Assembly (NCBI GenBank): GCA_030390025.1
Contig: CM059433.1
Span: 31,374,001-31,438,000, forward strand
Direction: 5' to 3'
From: Squalus acanthias
Taxonomy: Eukaryota
Length of the DNA stretch: 64,000 nt
The position numbers and the translations under genes were made by a program. The notes below the pieces were generated by a model. The model saw only the letters and a list, made by a program, of their open reading frames with translations, had not been told where the DNA came from and did not search any database. Every line of letters begins with the position of its first letter. The stretch's first letter is position 1. Below are positions 1 through 11,708 of the stretch, piece after piece.

Positions 1-2
1 TA

Positions 3-467
3 CCCAGCTGTCAGGAGAACAGCGACCACGACACCACACAACCCTGCCACGGCAACCTCTGCAAGACATGCCAGATCATCAACACAGATACCATCATCAC
101 ACGTGAGGACACTACCCACCAGGTACATGGTACATACTCATGTGACTCGGCCAACGTTGTCTACCTCATACGTTGCAGGAAAGAATGCACCGCGGCATGG
201 TACATCGGTGAGACCATGCAGACACTGAGAAAACGTATGAACGGACACCGCGCAACAATCGCCAGGCAGGATTGTTACCTCCCAGTCGGGGAACACTTCA
301 GCAGTCAAGGACATTCAGCCTCGGATCTGTGGGTTAGCGTTCTCCAAGGCGGCCTTCGAGACACACGACAACGCAAAATCATTGAGCAGAAACTGATAGC
401 CAAGTTCCGCACCCATGAGGACGGCCTCAATAGGGATCTCGGGTTCATGTCACGCTACAGGACGTGA
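3..467 (+). pseudogene. Penelope-like element (family A), C-terminal GIY-YIG endonuclease, truncated by the window start
   Basis: Open frame from 3 reads PCHGNLCKTCQ...CDSANVVYLIRC...WYIGETMQTLRKRMNGH...EHF...EQKLIAKF..GLN: CxxC linker plus the VY-YIG, R, H, E and N motifs of PLE GIY-YIG. Confidence 0.92.
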
Positions 468-659
468 CTCAACATCGTTGTCTGTTTTTCCAGGTTTTAA
501 AAAAAAGTAAAACGCTTAACTGTAGACGGCAGCATTTGACACGTTGGACCCCCTGTGAACCACCTCATTGTCTTAGCTGTACTCTGATGTGTCTTTGATG
601 TAATGCCTCCCTAACAGATTGTATCTCTGCAGACACATTGTTCTCTGTGTATATATACG

Positions 660-1660
660 GTCTTCTTGGCCTGTGCTCAGGGCACAGCAGACCAGCTACG
701 AGACACCGCCAAACAGACGAGGCAACGGAACTACGCTTCCTACATGCGCATCAAGAACAGGAAGCTTGAGAAACTCGGCATCACCACCAGCTACAACCAA
801 GCCTCCCCCGGTACCACGGTTGCAACCACAGGGAAGTCCATCGTCAACCTGTCGGACCACACCCTTCAACCAGACGAAATCGAAGTTCTCGCCCTGGGGC
901 TCAAGTTCTGCCCCACCACCAAAATGGACCCCATCGGTCTCGCGGCAGACACAGAGGAATTCATCAGGAGAATGAGGATCCGGGAATACTACCACAAATC
1001 CCAAGATGTCAGCAACAAACCCAATGAGACAATCAATCATCCGGAACAGCAGACAGAGGGAACCGCAGTGCTGCAACCAAGGAAGAAAGAGTCAAATTGG
1101 ACCCCTCCGGAGGGTCGCTGCCCTAAGCTTGACATGTATGCTCAAGCTGTCAGGAAATGCATCAACGCCAGATTCATCAGCCGCACTCACAAGACAGTGC
1201 AGAATGTCACCCGAGCACAACGCAATGCCATCCACGCTCTCAAGACCAACCGCAACATCATCATCAAACCAGCGGACAAAGGAGGAGCCATCGTCATACA
1301 GAACAGAATGGACTATTGCAAATAAGCATACCGACAACTGGACAACCTGGAACACTACAGACAGCTACCCGCAGATCCGACCAAAGAACACACCCGCCAA
1401 CTCAATAGACTGATCAAGACCTTCGATCCAGACCTTCAAAACACCCTACACGCTCTCATCCCACGTACTCCCCGCGTAGGAGACTTTTACTGCCTCCCAA
1501 AGATACACAAAGCCAACACACCCGGATGTCCTATCGTATCAGGCAACGGAACCCTATGTGAGAACCTCTCTGGGTACATCGAGGGCATCCTGAAACCCAT
1601 CGTACAGGGAACCCCCAGCTTCTGTCGCGACACTACAGACTTCTTGCAGAAACTCAGCAT
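660..1660 (+). pseudogene. Penelope-like element (family A), N-terminal/RT region of a second tandem copy
   Basis: IVNLS..L...E..VL.LGLKFCP, IIIKPADKGGAIVI, YCLPKIHK..PG.PIVSG, DTTDFL. In-frame TAA at 1323-1325; the frame breaks at ~1660 into 3'UTR-like sequence (TGTGTCTTTGATGTA shared with 588-602). Confidence 0.9.
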
Positions 1661-1753
1661 AGTGTGTCTTTGATGTAGGGAAAGATTTAATCTATGCATT
1701 TTCTCTGTGTTTTTATATTCTGTGAATTCTGATAGATTCTCTCACAGTAACTT

Positions 1754-1789
1754 TGCCTGACGAAGGGGCGACAGCTCCGAAAGCTTGTA
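1754..1789 (+). ncRNA. Minimal type I hammerhead ribozyme motif (HHR-1)
   Basis: TGC-CTGACGA-A-GGGGC/GACA/GCTCC-GAAA-GC-T-T|GTA: core boxes, stem II, 3-bp stem I and palindromic AGCT in place of stem III. Confidence 0.8.
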
Positions 1790-1885
1790 ATTTTAAATAA
1801 ATCTGTTGGACTATAACCTGGTGTTGTGCAACTTCTCATTTTTATATATACTGTGTAATCGATTTGTATTCCCTCACTGTACCTG

Positions 1886-1920
1886 TACCTGAAGAAGGAG
1901 CGGAGCTCCGAAAGCTCGTA
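1886..1920 (+). ncRNA. Minimal type I hammerhead ribozyme motif (HHR-2)
   Basis: TAC-CTGAAGA-A-GGAGC/GGA/GCTCC-GAAA-GC-T-C|GTA: perfect stem I and stem II, CUC cleavage triplet. Confidence 0.85.
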
Positions 1921-2010
1921 ATTTTAAATAAAACTGTTGGACTATAACCTGGTGTTGTGCGACTTCTCATTTTTGTCCACCCCAGTCCAACACCGGCATC
2001 TCCGCATCAT

Positions 2011-2313
2011 CTCCTCCAATACTGGTGCCTTGCGCTTTCGCGATTTCCCATCGCTCCATTATTGGCGGCCGTGCCTTCAGCTGCCTGGGTCCTAAGCTCT
2101 GGAATTCCCTCCCTAAACCTCTCCATCTCTCTCTCCTCCGTTAAGATGCTCCTTAAAACCTAACCCTTTAACCAAGAGTTTGGTCACATGTCCTAATATC
2201 TCCTTATGTGGCTCGGTGTTAAATTTTGTTTGATAATCGCTCCAGTGAAGAGCCTTGGGATGTTTTACTATGTTAAAGGCGCTATATAAATATAAGTTGT
2301 TGTTGCTGTTGTT
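2011..2313 (+). mobile_element. L2-type LINE 3' fragment
   Basis: ...GGRAFS..GP.LWNSLP..L.. coding end, 3'UTR GTTAAAGGCGCTATATAAAT and (GTT)n tail. Confidence 0.75.
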
Positions 2314-3774
2314 TTACGCCCGGGCAGCAAGCTGAAAATCTACCTAACTGTGTCAGGTGGTTGCTGGAAGTGGAGGGTGTTCTGGGTCCCATTCTGCTTA
2401 CACAATTTATAAGTGACTTAGAAGAGGGTATGTGTGGAACAACACAGTAATCTGGAATGCACTGCCTGAAAGGGTGGAGGAAGCAGATTCAATAGTAACT
2501 TTCAAAAGGTAATTGGATAAATACTTGAAAAGGAAAAATTTGCAGGGCTATCTGGAAAGAGCGGGTGAGTGCGACTAACTGGATAGCTCTTTCAAAGAGA
2601 TGGCATAATGGGCCGAATAGCCTCCTTGTATGCTGTATGATTTGCCAATGGCACCAAACTACGTAAGATGACTCTACAGGTGTCATTAAATACCTCCTTT
2701 ACAACCTTTTGCTCAGATGAATGAGGGAAAGTTGCATAAGTTGGGTATCTGACTAGCATGAACACCAGAGGAGGATAATGCTTAATATATGGTTACAAAA
2801 AGATTTGGTGATTGTATTTCTGCAGGTGTGTGGGTTCTCCCGATTGTCCACCTTACCTTCAGTGGAAGATCCGGAGAAACGGCGCAAACACCATTTGTGC
2901 CAATTCTTCGAATATGCTGCTGAATTTACGGTGGACAATTGGGAGAACTCTGGTGGAAATTTGAGCCCTGACATTCTTAAATAAACAAAGCACCTCATTC
3001 AGATAACTTCCAGCCATGAGTTTTAAAAGACACGAGAGCTGAAGTCAGTGAAATTTCAACATCTTTTTGTACATTCACTAAATTCAGGAGAGATTCCTAA
3101 ATGGAGCAGAAGGAGGCTAACATAACCTCATTAGTTAAGAATGGTCAAGAGACACATCTGAAAACTACAGACCAGTAAGTTTAATCTGTTGTAGAGAAAG
3201 TCTTTGAAATGATTCAGTGGGTAAACATTTGAGAGAAAGCATAACCTGTTAAAGGACAGTCAGCAGTAGCTATGGGTTAATGCTACGGTTTGCAAAAGAA
3301 AGAACTTGATTTTTTATAGTGCCTGATCACATCTCTCAGACATGTTCCAAAGCTCTTGCATGCAGCGAATTACTTTGATGTCAAGTCATTGTTTGAGAAG
3401 ATGAACACAGCACCACCACTGCGCACAGCAAGGTGCCTTAATGAGCTGAGTCCAATTAATCTGGGTTTGTTTTGGTGGTGGCTGAAAGATGAATATTAGC
3501 TAGGACACAAAAGAAACTCACTGCTCTTCTTTTAAATAGTGCCATGGAATCTTTCCCATTCACGTGAACATCTGAAGGACAGCAATTCCCTCAGTAATGA
3601 AATGTCAGCCTGCATTATGCACTCCAGTGCTATCACTTGAACCCACAACCTGCTGACTCAGACCAAGAGTTGGAGCAACTGACACTTGGTAACATAGTGA
3701 ACAGCAAAAGAAAAAAAAATGATACCAATTCATTTCTCTTCCAACTTTGTAAAGAGCTTTGGGATTTTTTTTCC

Positions 3775-4188
3775 AGAAGGTTGTGGGTTCAAGTCCCACT
3801 CCAAAGACTTGAGCACAAAATCTAGGCTGACACTTCAGTGCAGTGCTGAGGGAGTGCTGCACTGTCGGAGATGCCGTCTTTCGGATGAGACGTTAAACCG
3901 AGGCCCCGGCTACCCTCTCCGGTGGATGGAAAAGATCCCATGGCGCTATTTCGAAGAAGAAGAGTTATCCCCGGTGTCCTGGCCAATATTAATCCCTCAA
4001 TTAAAACAGATTATCTAGTCATTATCACTTTGCTGTTTGTGGAAGTTTATTGTGTGCAAATTGGCTGCCGTGTTTCCTACATTACAATGTGTCTATACTT
4101 CAAAAAGTACTTCATTGGCTGTAAAGCGCTTTGGGACGTCCGGTGGTCATGAAAGGCGCTATATAAATGCAAGTTTGTCTTTTTTTTA
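3775..4188 (+). mobile_element. tRNA-derived Deu-domain SINE (SacSINE1-like), 5'-truncated
   Basis: B-box GGTTCAAGTCC, Deu-type core GATGAGACGTTAAACCGAGGCCCC...AAAGATCCCATGGC, L2-like tail AAAGGCGCTATATAAATGCAAGT; absent from the duplicate copy. Confidence 0.8.
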
Positions 4189-4893
4189 AAGACACTATGA
4201 CCCTGAGTTTCCTCATTGTTCTCAGAACCTAGGCCCTTGTTGCACCATAACTGTACTGAAAAGATCGAGGAAATTTGCGTTTTAGCGGATTACGCCCCTT
4301 ATGCGCCGCTATTGCACTAAATAAAAGCCTCTTTGATATTTTTAACAATGTAAAATCTTATGCTCATCAAAGCCCCTCAGGATTTATTTGTATAGCTGCA
4401 CAGTTCAAATACATGGTAGTTTCCTGGGTTTACACTGCTCCTGTAATCGGCGTGACTTTACACCCAAAAAAATGCAAAAAAACTAGAGAAACTGGGATTG
4501 TCCACCTCAGATCAGCGAAAGTTAAGGTGAGATTGAATAGAGGTGTTCAAAATTATGAGGGGTTTTGATAGAGTAAATAAGGTAAAACTGTTTCTCCTGG
4601 CAGGAGGGTCAGTAACCAGAGGACACAGAATTAAGATAATTGGCAAAAGAACCAGAGGGGAGATGGGAGATAATTTTTTTATGCAGTGAGTTCTGGAATG
4701 CACTGCCTGAAAGAATGGTGGAAGCAGATGTGAAAGTAACTTTCAAAAGGAAATTGGATATATACTTGAAAGGGAAAAGTTTGCAGGGCTATCGGGAAAG
4801 AGCTGGGGAGTGGGACTAATTGGAGAGCTCTTTCAAAGAGCCAGCACAGGCATGATGGGCCAGATGGCCTCCTTCAGTGCTATATCATTCTGT

Positions 4894-6750
4894 GGCTGCG
4901 ATTTCTCCTACCTCGGCGGGTCCGTGGCGGGCGACGTCGGTGGTGGGTCCTGACCCCGCTGCTGGCTCCAGCCCGCTGTCCAAAATGATTTTCCCCTGAT
5001 TGGGCTTGTTAAGCCCGCCCAGAGCATTTGCTGGCCAATTGAAGGAAGCGGGTCTGATGAGAGCATTTGATGATGCGTCATCAGCCGGTTTCCTTAAAGG
5101 GACCATGCGCAAATTGATTTTGACAGTTGTGCAGTCAGTGTTCTACAGCATTGAGGTGCTGCAAACACTGACAAGCACTGCACAGAGGTGCACGGCTGCA
5201 GCCAGGCTCTCCCATGACTCCCTCCATATGGAGGGTGTCAAAGCATGCAGGGAGGTTCTCTTCCCTTCCAATGGGCAGAGGAGAACTCCCCAGGAGATCA
5301 ACACAGCCTGGTTACACATTGCACAGGAGGACACAAGCAGGGATGTCATCAGGAGGACCTGGGTGCAGTGCCGCAAACCTTTCAATGATCTCACTAGATC
5401 ATGAAACGTTAGTACAAAGCCACACTCAACCTCATCCTGCTGTGCCTCTCATCACATCCCCATCACTCTGCCTTCCCTACCCTACTCCTGCACATCCTTA
5501 CTCACACCAACTTACCTTGCACCTCCACCTAACCCTCTCGATCTACATTATCACTTCCCCATCTCACTAGCCACCCCTCACACTCACCCTCATCCTAGTC
5601 CAATCATACCAACTAAAAACACACAAGGGTAGGAACCTGGTTGTTTTATGCAATGTTCATGTAAAGTTTCTGTGGTGTTAATGTGGTGTCAAACATTGAA
5701 ACCTTTATTTTCAAGACTTTGGGTTCTTGGACAGATTTGTGTGCACCTTTGGAAATGGCCTAGTGAGTTGCAGTGAATGGTGAGACATAACGGTAGCCCC
5801 CGCAATGGTGATGAGTGTGAAAGAAATGGCTTGGGCATTGTAGGGGTGCTTTATGGTGTTGGTGTGGGGTGGTGCCAACCTGGTGCATCATGTGGCAGCC
5901 AGGGTGAACAGCGTCAAGTGAAGTAAAAATGAAGTTACTGCAATTATATAGGGCCCTGGTGAGACTACACCTGGAGTACAGTGTCCAGTTTTGGTCTCCT
6001 TTCCTAAGGAAGGATATACTTGCCATAGAGGGAGTGCAATGAAGGTTCACCAGACTGATTCCTGGGATGGGGGGATTGTCCTATGAGGAGAGATTGAGTA
6101 GACTCGGCATATATTCTCTGGAGTTTAGAAAAATGAGAGGTGATCTCATTGGAAAATACAAAATTCTTACAGGGCCTGACAGGGTAGATGCAGGGAGGAT
6201 GTTTCCCCTGGCTGGGGAGTCCAGAACCAGGGGTCACAGTCTCAGAATAAGGGGTCAGCCATTTAGGACTGAGATGAGGAGAAATTTCTTCACTCAGAGG
6301 GTGGTGAATCTTTGGAATTCTCTACCCCAGAGGGCTGTGGAGGTTCAGTCGTTGCGTATATTCAAGACAGAGATCGATAGATTTTTGAATATTAAGGGAA
6401 TCAAGGGTAATGGGGATAGTGCAGGAAAGTGGAGATGAGGTAGAAGATCAGCCATGATCATATTGAATGGCAGAGCAGGCTCAAAGGGCCAAATGGCCCA
6501 CTCCTGCTCCTATTTCTTATGTTCTTATGTAAATTTGGCCATGGTGAGGCCATCCCTGGGCTGTTAATAAGGTCATAATGACCTGAATTGCCTTCCCCGC
6601 CGCTGCATGTCGGGTCTGTTCAACGCTGACAGACCCGATATTTGGGAATGGCGCATGATGGCTGGTTGACAGTGGGGTCCTGACCCGCTGTCAAAAAAAT
6701 TTTTCCCCATCCCCCGTACGTGCCCAGTGACACCCTGAAAAATTCCCCCC
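4894..6750 (+). mobile_element. Non-autonomous Harbinger derivative with a Myb/SANT-like exon remnant
   Basis: Degenerate TIRs GGCTGCGATTT / AAAATTCCCCCC, flanks TGT/TAT; ~5180-5400 encodes ...EVLFP...W..IA...RTWVQCRK.FNDL. Confidence 0.75.
5928..6528 (+). mobile_element. CR1 LINE 3' fragment nested in the Harbinger derivative
   Basis: ORF2 end (LSYEERL..LG.YSLE..RMRGDLI..., FFTQRVVNLWNSLP), (TTCTTATG)n tail, GTAAA flanking duplication. Confidence 0.9.
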
Positions 6751-6782
6751 TATGATTCTATGAATTCAGAAATGCAACTTAC

Positions 6783-8530
6783 AGAATCATGAATGGAATC
6801 ATAGAGTCATAGAATGGTTACAGCATGGAAGAAGGCCATTCGGCCCGTCGAGCCCGTGCCGACTCTCAGCTAGTCCCACTCCCCCACCCTTTCCCCATAG
6901 CCCTGCAAGTTTTTTTCCTTCAGATACTTATCCAACTCCCTTTTAAAAGCCACAATTGAGTCTGCCTCCACCACCCTTTCAGGCAGTACATTCCAGATCC
7001 TAACCACTCACTGCGTAAAAAAGTTTTTTCTTACTTGCCTTTCGTTCTTCTGCCAATCACCTTAAATCTGTGTCCTCTGGTTCTCGACCCTTCCGCCAAT
7101 GGGAACAGTTTCTCTCTATCTACTCTGTCCAGACCCCACATAATTTTGAACACCTCTATCAAATCTCCTCTCAATCTTCTCTGCTCCAAGGAGAACAACC
7201 CCAGCTTCTCCAGTCTATCAACGTAACTGAAGTCCCTCATTCTTGGAATCATTCTCGTAAATCTTTTCTGCACCTTCTCTATGGCCTTCACATCCTTCCT
7301 AAAGTGTGGTGCCCAGAATTGGACACAGTACTCCAGTTGGGACCGAACCAGTGTTTTATACAGGTTCATCATAATTTCCACACTTTTGTACTCTATACCT
7401 CTATTTATGATCCCAGGAACCCGTAAGCTTTCTTAACTGCTTTCTCAACCTGCCCTCCCACCTTCAACGATTTGTGCACATATACCCCCAGGTCTCTTTG
7501 TTCGTGCACCCCCTTCAGGATTGTACCATTTAGTTTATATGTCCTCTCCTCATTCTTTCTACCAAAATGTATCATTTCACACTTTACTGCATTAAATTTC
7601 ATCTGTCACATGTCCGCCCATTTCACCAGCCTGTCTATGTCTTCCTGAAGTCTATTACTCTCCTCCTCACTGTTCACTATACTTCCAGTTTTGTGTTATC
7701 TGCAAATTTTGAAATTGTGCGCTGTACACCCATGTCCAAGTCATTAATATATATCAAGAAAGCAGTGCTCCTAGAACCGACCCCTGGGGAACACCACTGT
7801 ATACCTTCCTCCAGTCCGAAAAACAACCATTCACCACTACTCTCTGTTTCCTGACACTTAGCCAAATACGTATTCATGCTGCCACTGTCCCTTTTATTCC
7901 ATGGGCTTCAACTTTGCTGGCAAGCCTATCAGGTGTCACTTTGTCGAACGCCTTTTGGAAATCCATGTACACCACATCAACCACATACTCTCATCAACCC
8001 TCTCTATTACCTCATCAAAAAACTCGATCAAGTTGGTTAAACATGATTTGGCTGTAACAAATCCGTGCTGGCTTTCCTTAATTAATCCACACCTTTCCAA
8101 GTGACTGTTAATTTTTTTCCTGATTACTGTTTCTAAAAGCTTCCCCACTACCGAGGTTAAACTGACTGGTCTGTAATTGCTGGGTTTATCTTTACACCCT
8201 TTTTTGAACAATGCTGTAACATTTGCAATTCTGCAGTCCTCTGGCACAACCCCCATATCTATGGAGGATTGGAATATTATGGTCAGTACCTCCGCAATTT
8301 CTGCCCTCAATTCCCTCAGCATCCTAGGATGCATCCCATCCGCTCCTGGTGATTTATCTACTTTAAGTACAGCCAGTCTTTCTCATACCTTTCCTTTATC
8401 AATTTTTATCGTCGTTTAGTACCTCAGCCATACCCTCTGCCTCCATGCATAGGTCTCCTTTTTGGTCCCTAATTGGCCCCACCCCTCCTCTTACTACCCT
8501 TTTACTTTTTATATGCCTATAGAAGACTTT
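6783..8530 (-). mobile_element. CR1 LINE, degenerate ORF2 (RT)
   Basis: Minus-strand NYRPVSLTSVVGK, QHGF...[21 protein letters not shown]; microsatellite tail at ~6783-6812. Confidence 0.92.
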
Positions 8531-8625
8531 TGTTCATCCCTGTTTGGCATAAAAATAAAACAAAAAAGGTGACTCAACCGTGGCTCGAGGGGCCGAACGG
8601 CCTACTGCTGCTCCTATCTTCTATT
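8531..8625 (+). mobile_element. Miniature CR1: ~54 bp of ORF2 fused to ~40 bp of 3' end
   Basis: LFIPVWHKNKTKKVTQPW joined through GGCT to CGAGGGGCCGAACGGCCTACTGCTGCTCCTATCTTCTA. Confidence 0.75.
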
Positions 8626-8689
8626 CCCTCTCTGCCTGCACACTCCTTAGCTACGGGGTTACCACCTCCTGAAACGTGCTATCCACGCA

Positions 8690-9217
8690 GCTCTCGCCTG
8701 CCATTTTAATTCTCTGCCTGACTCCCACTCTGACCTCTCTGTCCTCGGGCTCCTACACTATTCCTATGAACCTCAACGTAAGCTCAAGGAACAGCACCTC
8801 ATCTTTTGATTAGGCACGTTTCAGCCTTCCGAACTCAACATCGAGTTCAACAATTTCAGATCATAACCACAGCTCTCATTTTTTCAGACAGCAACTGTTG
8901 GTTCTTGTTCTACTGTTGCTATTTACACCTCCTCTGAACCCATCTTTTTTTTCTTTACTTGTCCCATTACCATCCCCTTTACCTTGCACCATAATCCCTT
9001 TTGTCATTTAATCTCTCCTGCCTTACACCCAATCACAGACCTTTCCTTTTGTTCTTCAATCCCTCCTTTCCCTGCCCCTGTACTGCTTAAAAGCTGTTAC
9101 ATTGCTAACTTTTTCCAGTTCTGATGAAAGGTCATTGACCTGAAACATTAACTCTGTTCCTCGCTCCACAGATGCTGCCTGACCTGCTGAGTATTTCCAG
9201 CATTTTCTGTTTTTATG
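8690..9217 (+). mobile_element. Penelope-like element (family B) 3' fragment with a hammerhead motif at 9118-9152
   Basis: HFNS..SHSDLSVLGL...EQHLIF.LG..QP..LNIEFNNF end; AGTT-CTGATGA-A-AGGTC/ATT/GACCT-GAAA-CA-TT|AACT. Confidence 0.85.
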
Positions 9218-9366
9218 TCCTCCTTTTGTGCTGTGTGATTCTATAACAGCGCCCCAGATATATGGCAGGTGGTGAACTCAGGAGGACACCAACTTCACAT
9301 ACTGATTACAGGCTTCTGGATGGGGGGTGGGGCGGGGGAGGGTGGGGGGACTTTTTTAACTCCTTC

Positions 9367-11708
9367 TGTCACGTTTTTTTAAATCACTATTACCTGCATT
9401 TCATTTTACTCTAGTGATTTCCTCTCTTAGCAGGGAATAAAATGTGGACCCCTGACCTTGACAACCCCAAACCCAGACTCAGATTGACTTCGGACAAGGG
9501 ATTGCTTTCCCCATGGGCACATTGTGAAGGAATAAGCCATATTCAGAAAAATACACCATTCTATGAAAGAATTCTGACCTGATTAAAACATGACAAACTG
9601 GGTTTGGAAATCTAAAAACCTAACAATGGAGAAGCTGTATTGTTAACAGCATTCAGGCTACTGGGATAAGATAAGTTGTTGACACTGAATCAATAACCTT
9701 ATTGAAACAGGAGGTTGGAGGCACCTGAAGTCTTAAGCTTTGGAAAGAAGACAATGGCACACCCTGTTAAGGTGTTCTAAATTACACTTCGGAAAGAAAC
9801 ACATAACATTAAGAAACATATGCCTTTGTGGGAATGGCATCACGTGGGGGAGGCACCAGCCATCACATTGTTTTTGTGTTGAACTTGGAACACCTAGAGA
9901 GACATAATTCTGTGTTACAACTAGCTGAGGAGGCTAAGAATTGCATAGATCACCCTGGTTGAGGTGATTTAATTTACACTTCTAAAAAGACAAACAGAAG
10001 ACCTTGGTAAAAATGACATCAAATAGATGCACCTGCTGTTACATTGTTTTTTATGGTGGGCTTGGGACACCTGAGGTAGAGACATAATTCTGCATTGCTA
10101 CCAGCTGAGGTGACTGTAAGAATAGCAGGGGTCAGCAGAAAAATGACGAGAGATAATTAGCTTACATCAGCAGAAAACTTCAAAGGAAATACCACTGAAA
10201 AAGGATATAAATATTGAACTTTCAAATGGGATGACAGATTCACTGTAAAGGGGCAAAGCGATTCTCAGGCTTCAGAGGTGGCTCTGTAAGTCTACAACTC
10301 TTTGTACCTCGGGGATCAAGGTATTGTACTGTATTTGATTTTGGTGAATATCCTGGAATAAAGACTAAGAACTGTAAAACTGTAGCAAAGTTAAGATTTG
10401 AGAATAAGGATCTCTGATAGTAAGAATTGTAAGCTTTCTCTATTTGGAACTGTTAATAAGAACATAAGAACATAAGAAATAGGAGCAGGAGTAGACCCGC
10501 CATTCAATGAGATCATGGCTGATCTGATCCAACCTCAACTCTAAAGAACACAAGAAGTAGGAGCAGGACCAGGCCACTCGGCCCCTGGGCCCGCTCCGCC
10601 ACCCACAGGGCCTTGACCGATCCGAACTCAAACTCATGTCCAATTTCCAGCCCGCTCCCCGTAACCCCTGATTCCCTTTACTTCTAGGAAACGGTCTATT
10701 TCTGTTTTAAATTTATTTAATGAAGTAGCTTCCACAGCTTCCTGGGGTAGCAAATTCCACAGACCCACTACCCTCTGAGTGAAAAAGTTTCTCCTCATCT
10801 CAGTTTTGAAAGAGGAGCCCCTTATTCTAAGATTATGTCCCCTAGTTCTAGTTTCACCCATCATTGGGAACATCCTCACCGCGTCCACCCGATCAAGCCC
10901 CTTCACAATCTTATATGTTTCAATAAGATCGCCTCTCATTCTTCTGAACTCCAATGAGTAGAGTCCCAATCTACTCAACCTCTCCTCGTATGTCCACCCC
11001 CTCATCCCCAGAATTAACCGAGTGAACCTTCTTTGTACTGCCTCGAGAGCAAGTATGTCTTTTCTTAAGTATGGACACCAAAACTGTATGCAGTACTCCA
11101 GGTGCGGTCTCACCAATACCCTATACAACTGCAGCAATACCTCCCTGTTTTTATATTCTATCCCCCTAGCAATAAAAGCCAACATTCCATTGGCTTTCTT
11201 GATCACCTGCTGCACCTGCATAGTAACTTTTTGATTTTCTTGCACCAAGACCCCCAGATCCCTTTGTACTGCAGTACTTTCCAGTTTCTCGCCAATTAAG
11301 ATAATAACTTGCTCTCTGATTTTTCCTGCCAAAGTGCATAACCTCACATTTTCCAATATTGTACTGCATCTGCCAAATCTCTGCCCACTCACCCAGCCTG
11401 TCTATATCCCCTTGTAGGTTTTTTATGTCCTCCTCACTCTCTACTTTCCCTCCCATCTTTGTATCATCTGCAAACTTTGATATGTTACACTCGGTCCCCT
11501 CCTCCAAATCGTTAATGTTGCGATTGAAACACCTACGGTAATTACATGTCGGTTCTTTAATAAATCTATATATTTTTAGAATTTTAGAATTGTCTCACAT
11601 AATACTTCTGTATCAAACTCACAAACTCAATTTCTGTACACTCTTTGTTGAGGAGTTGCAGAATTCTGGGGGAGTTATCCGGACCCTCATAATATCCGGA
11701 ACGTTACA
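9367..11708 (+). mobile_element. Possible solo LTR interrupted by CR1
   Basis: Termini TGTCACGTT...AACGTTACA (8/9 inverted match), internal ~65-bp repeat (9866-9930 vs 10041-10110), TATA-like GATATAAA at ~10204, AATAAA at ~10358; no TSD seen. Confidence 0.4.
10458..11518 (-). mobile_element. CR1 LINE 3' portion (younger copy from ~10543 next to an older CR1 tail)
   Basis: KFADDTK, LEYCIQFW, FFTQRVV.LWN; two successive 3' tails at ~10458 and ~10543. Confidence 0.92.

Larger units (their letters stand above)
1661..2010 (+). repeat. Penelope pseudo-LTR with two tandem ~132-bp units
   Basis: Each unit is a hammerhead motif followed by ATTTTAAATAAAwCTGTTGGACTATAACCTGGTGTTGTGCrACTTCTCATTTTT. Confidence 0.8.
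2011..6780. repeat. Segmental duplication, copy 1 (paralog of ~21015-35586)
   Basis: Colinear and roughly 90% identical by eye: 2345-3770 vs 22640-24060; 4195-4770 vs 26267-26830; ends GAATTCAGAAATGCmACTT at ~6780 and ~35587. Confidence 0.9.

Noticed and set aside
1790..1975. CRISPR-like direct repeats
   Set aside because: Only two units, part of a Penelope terminal repeat in eukaryotic DNA; no cas genes.
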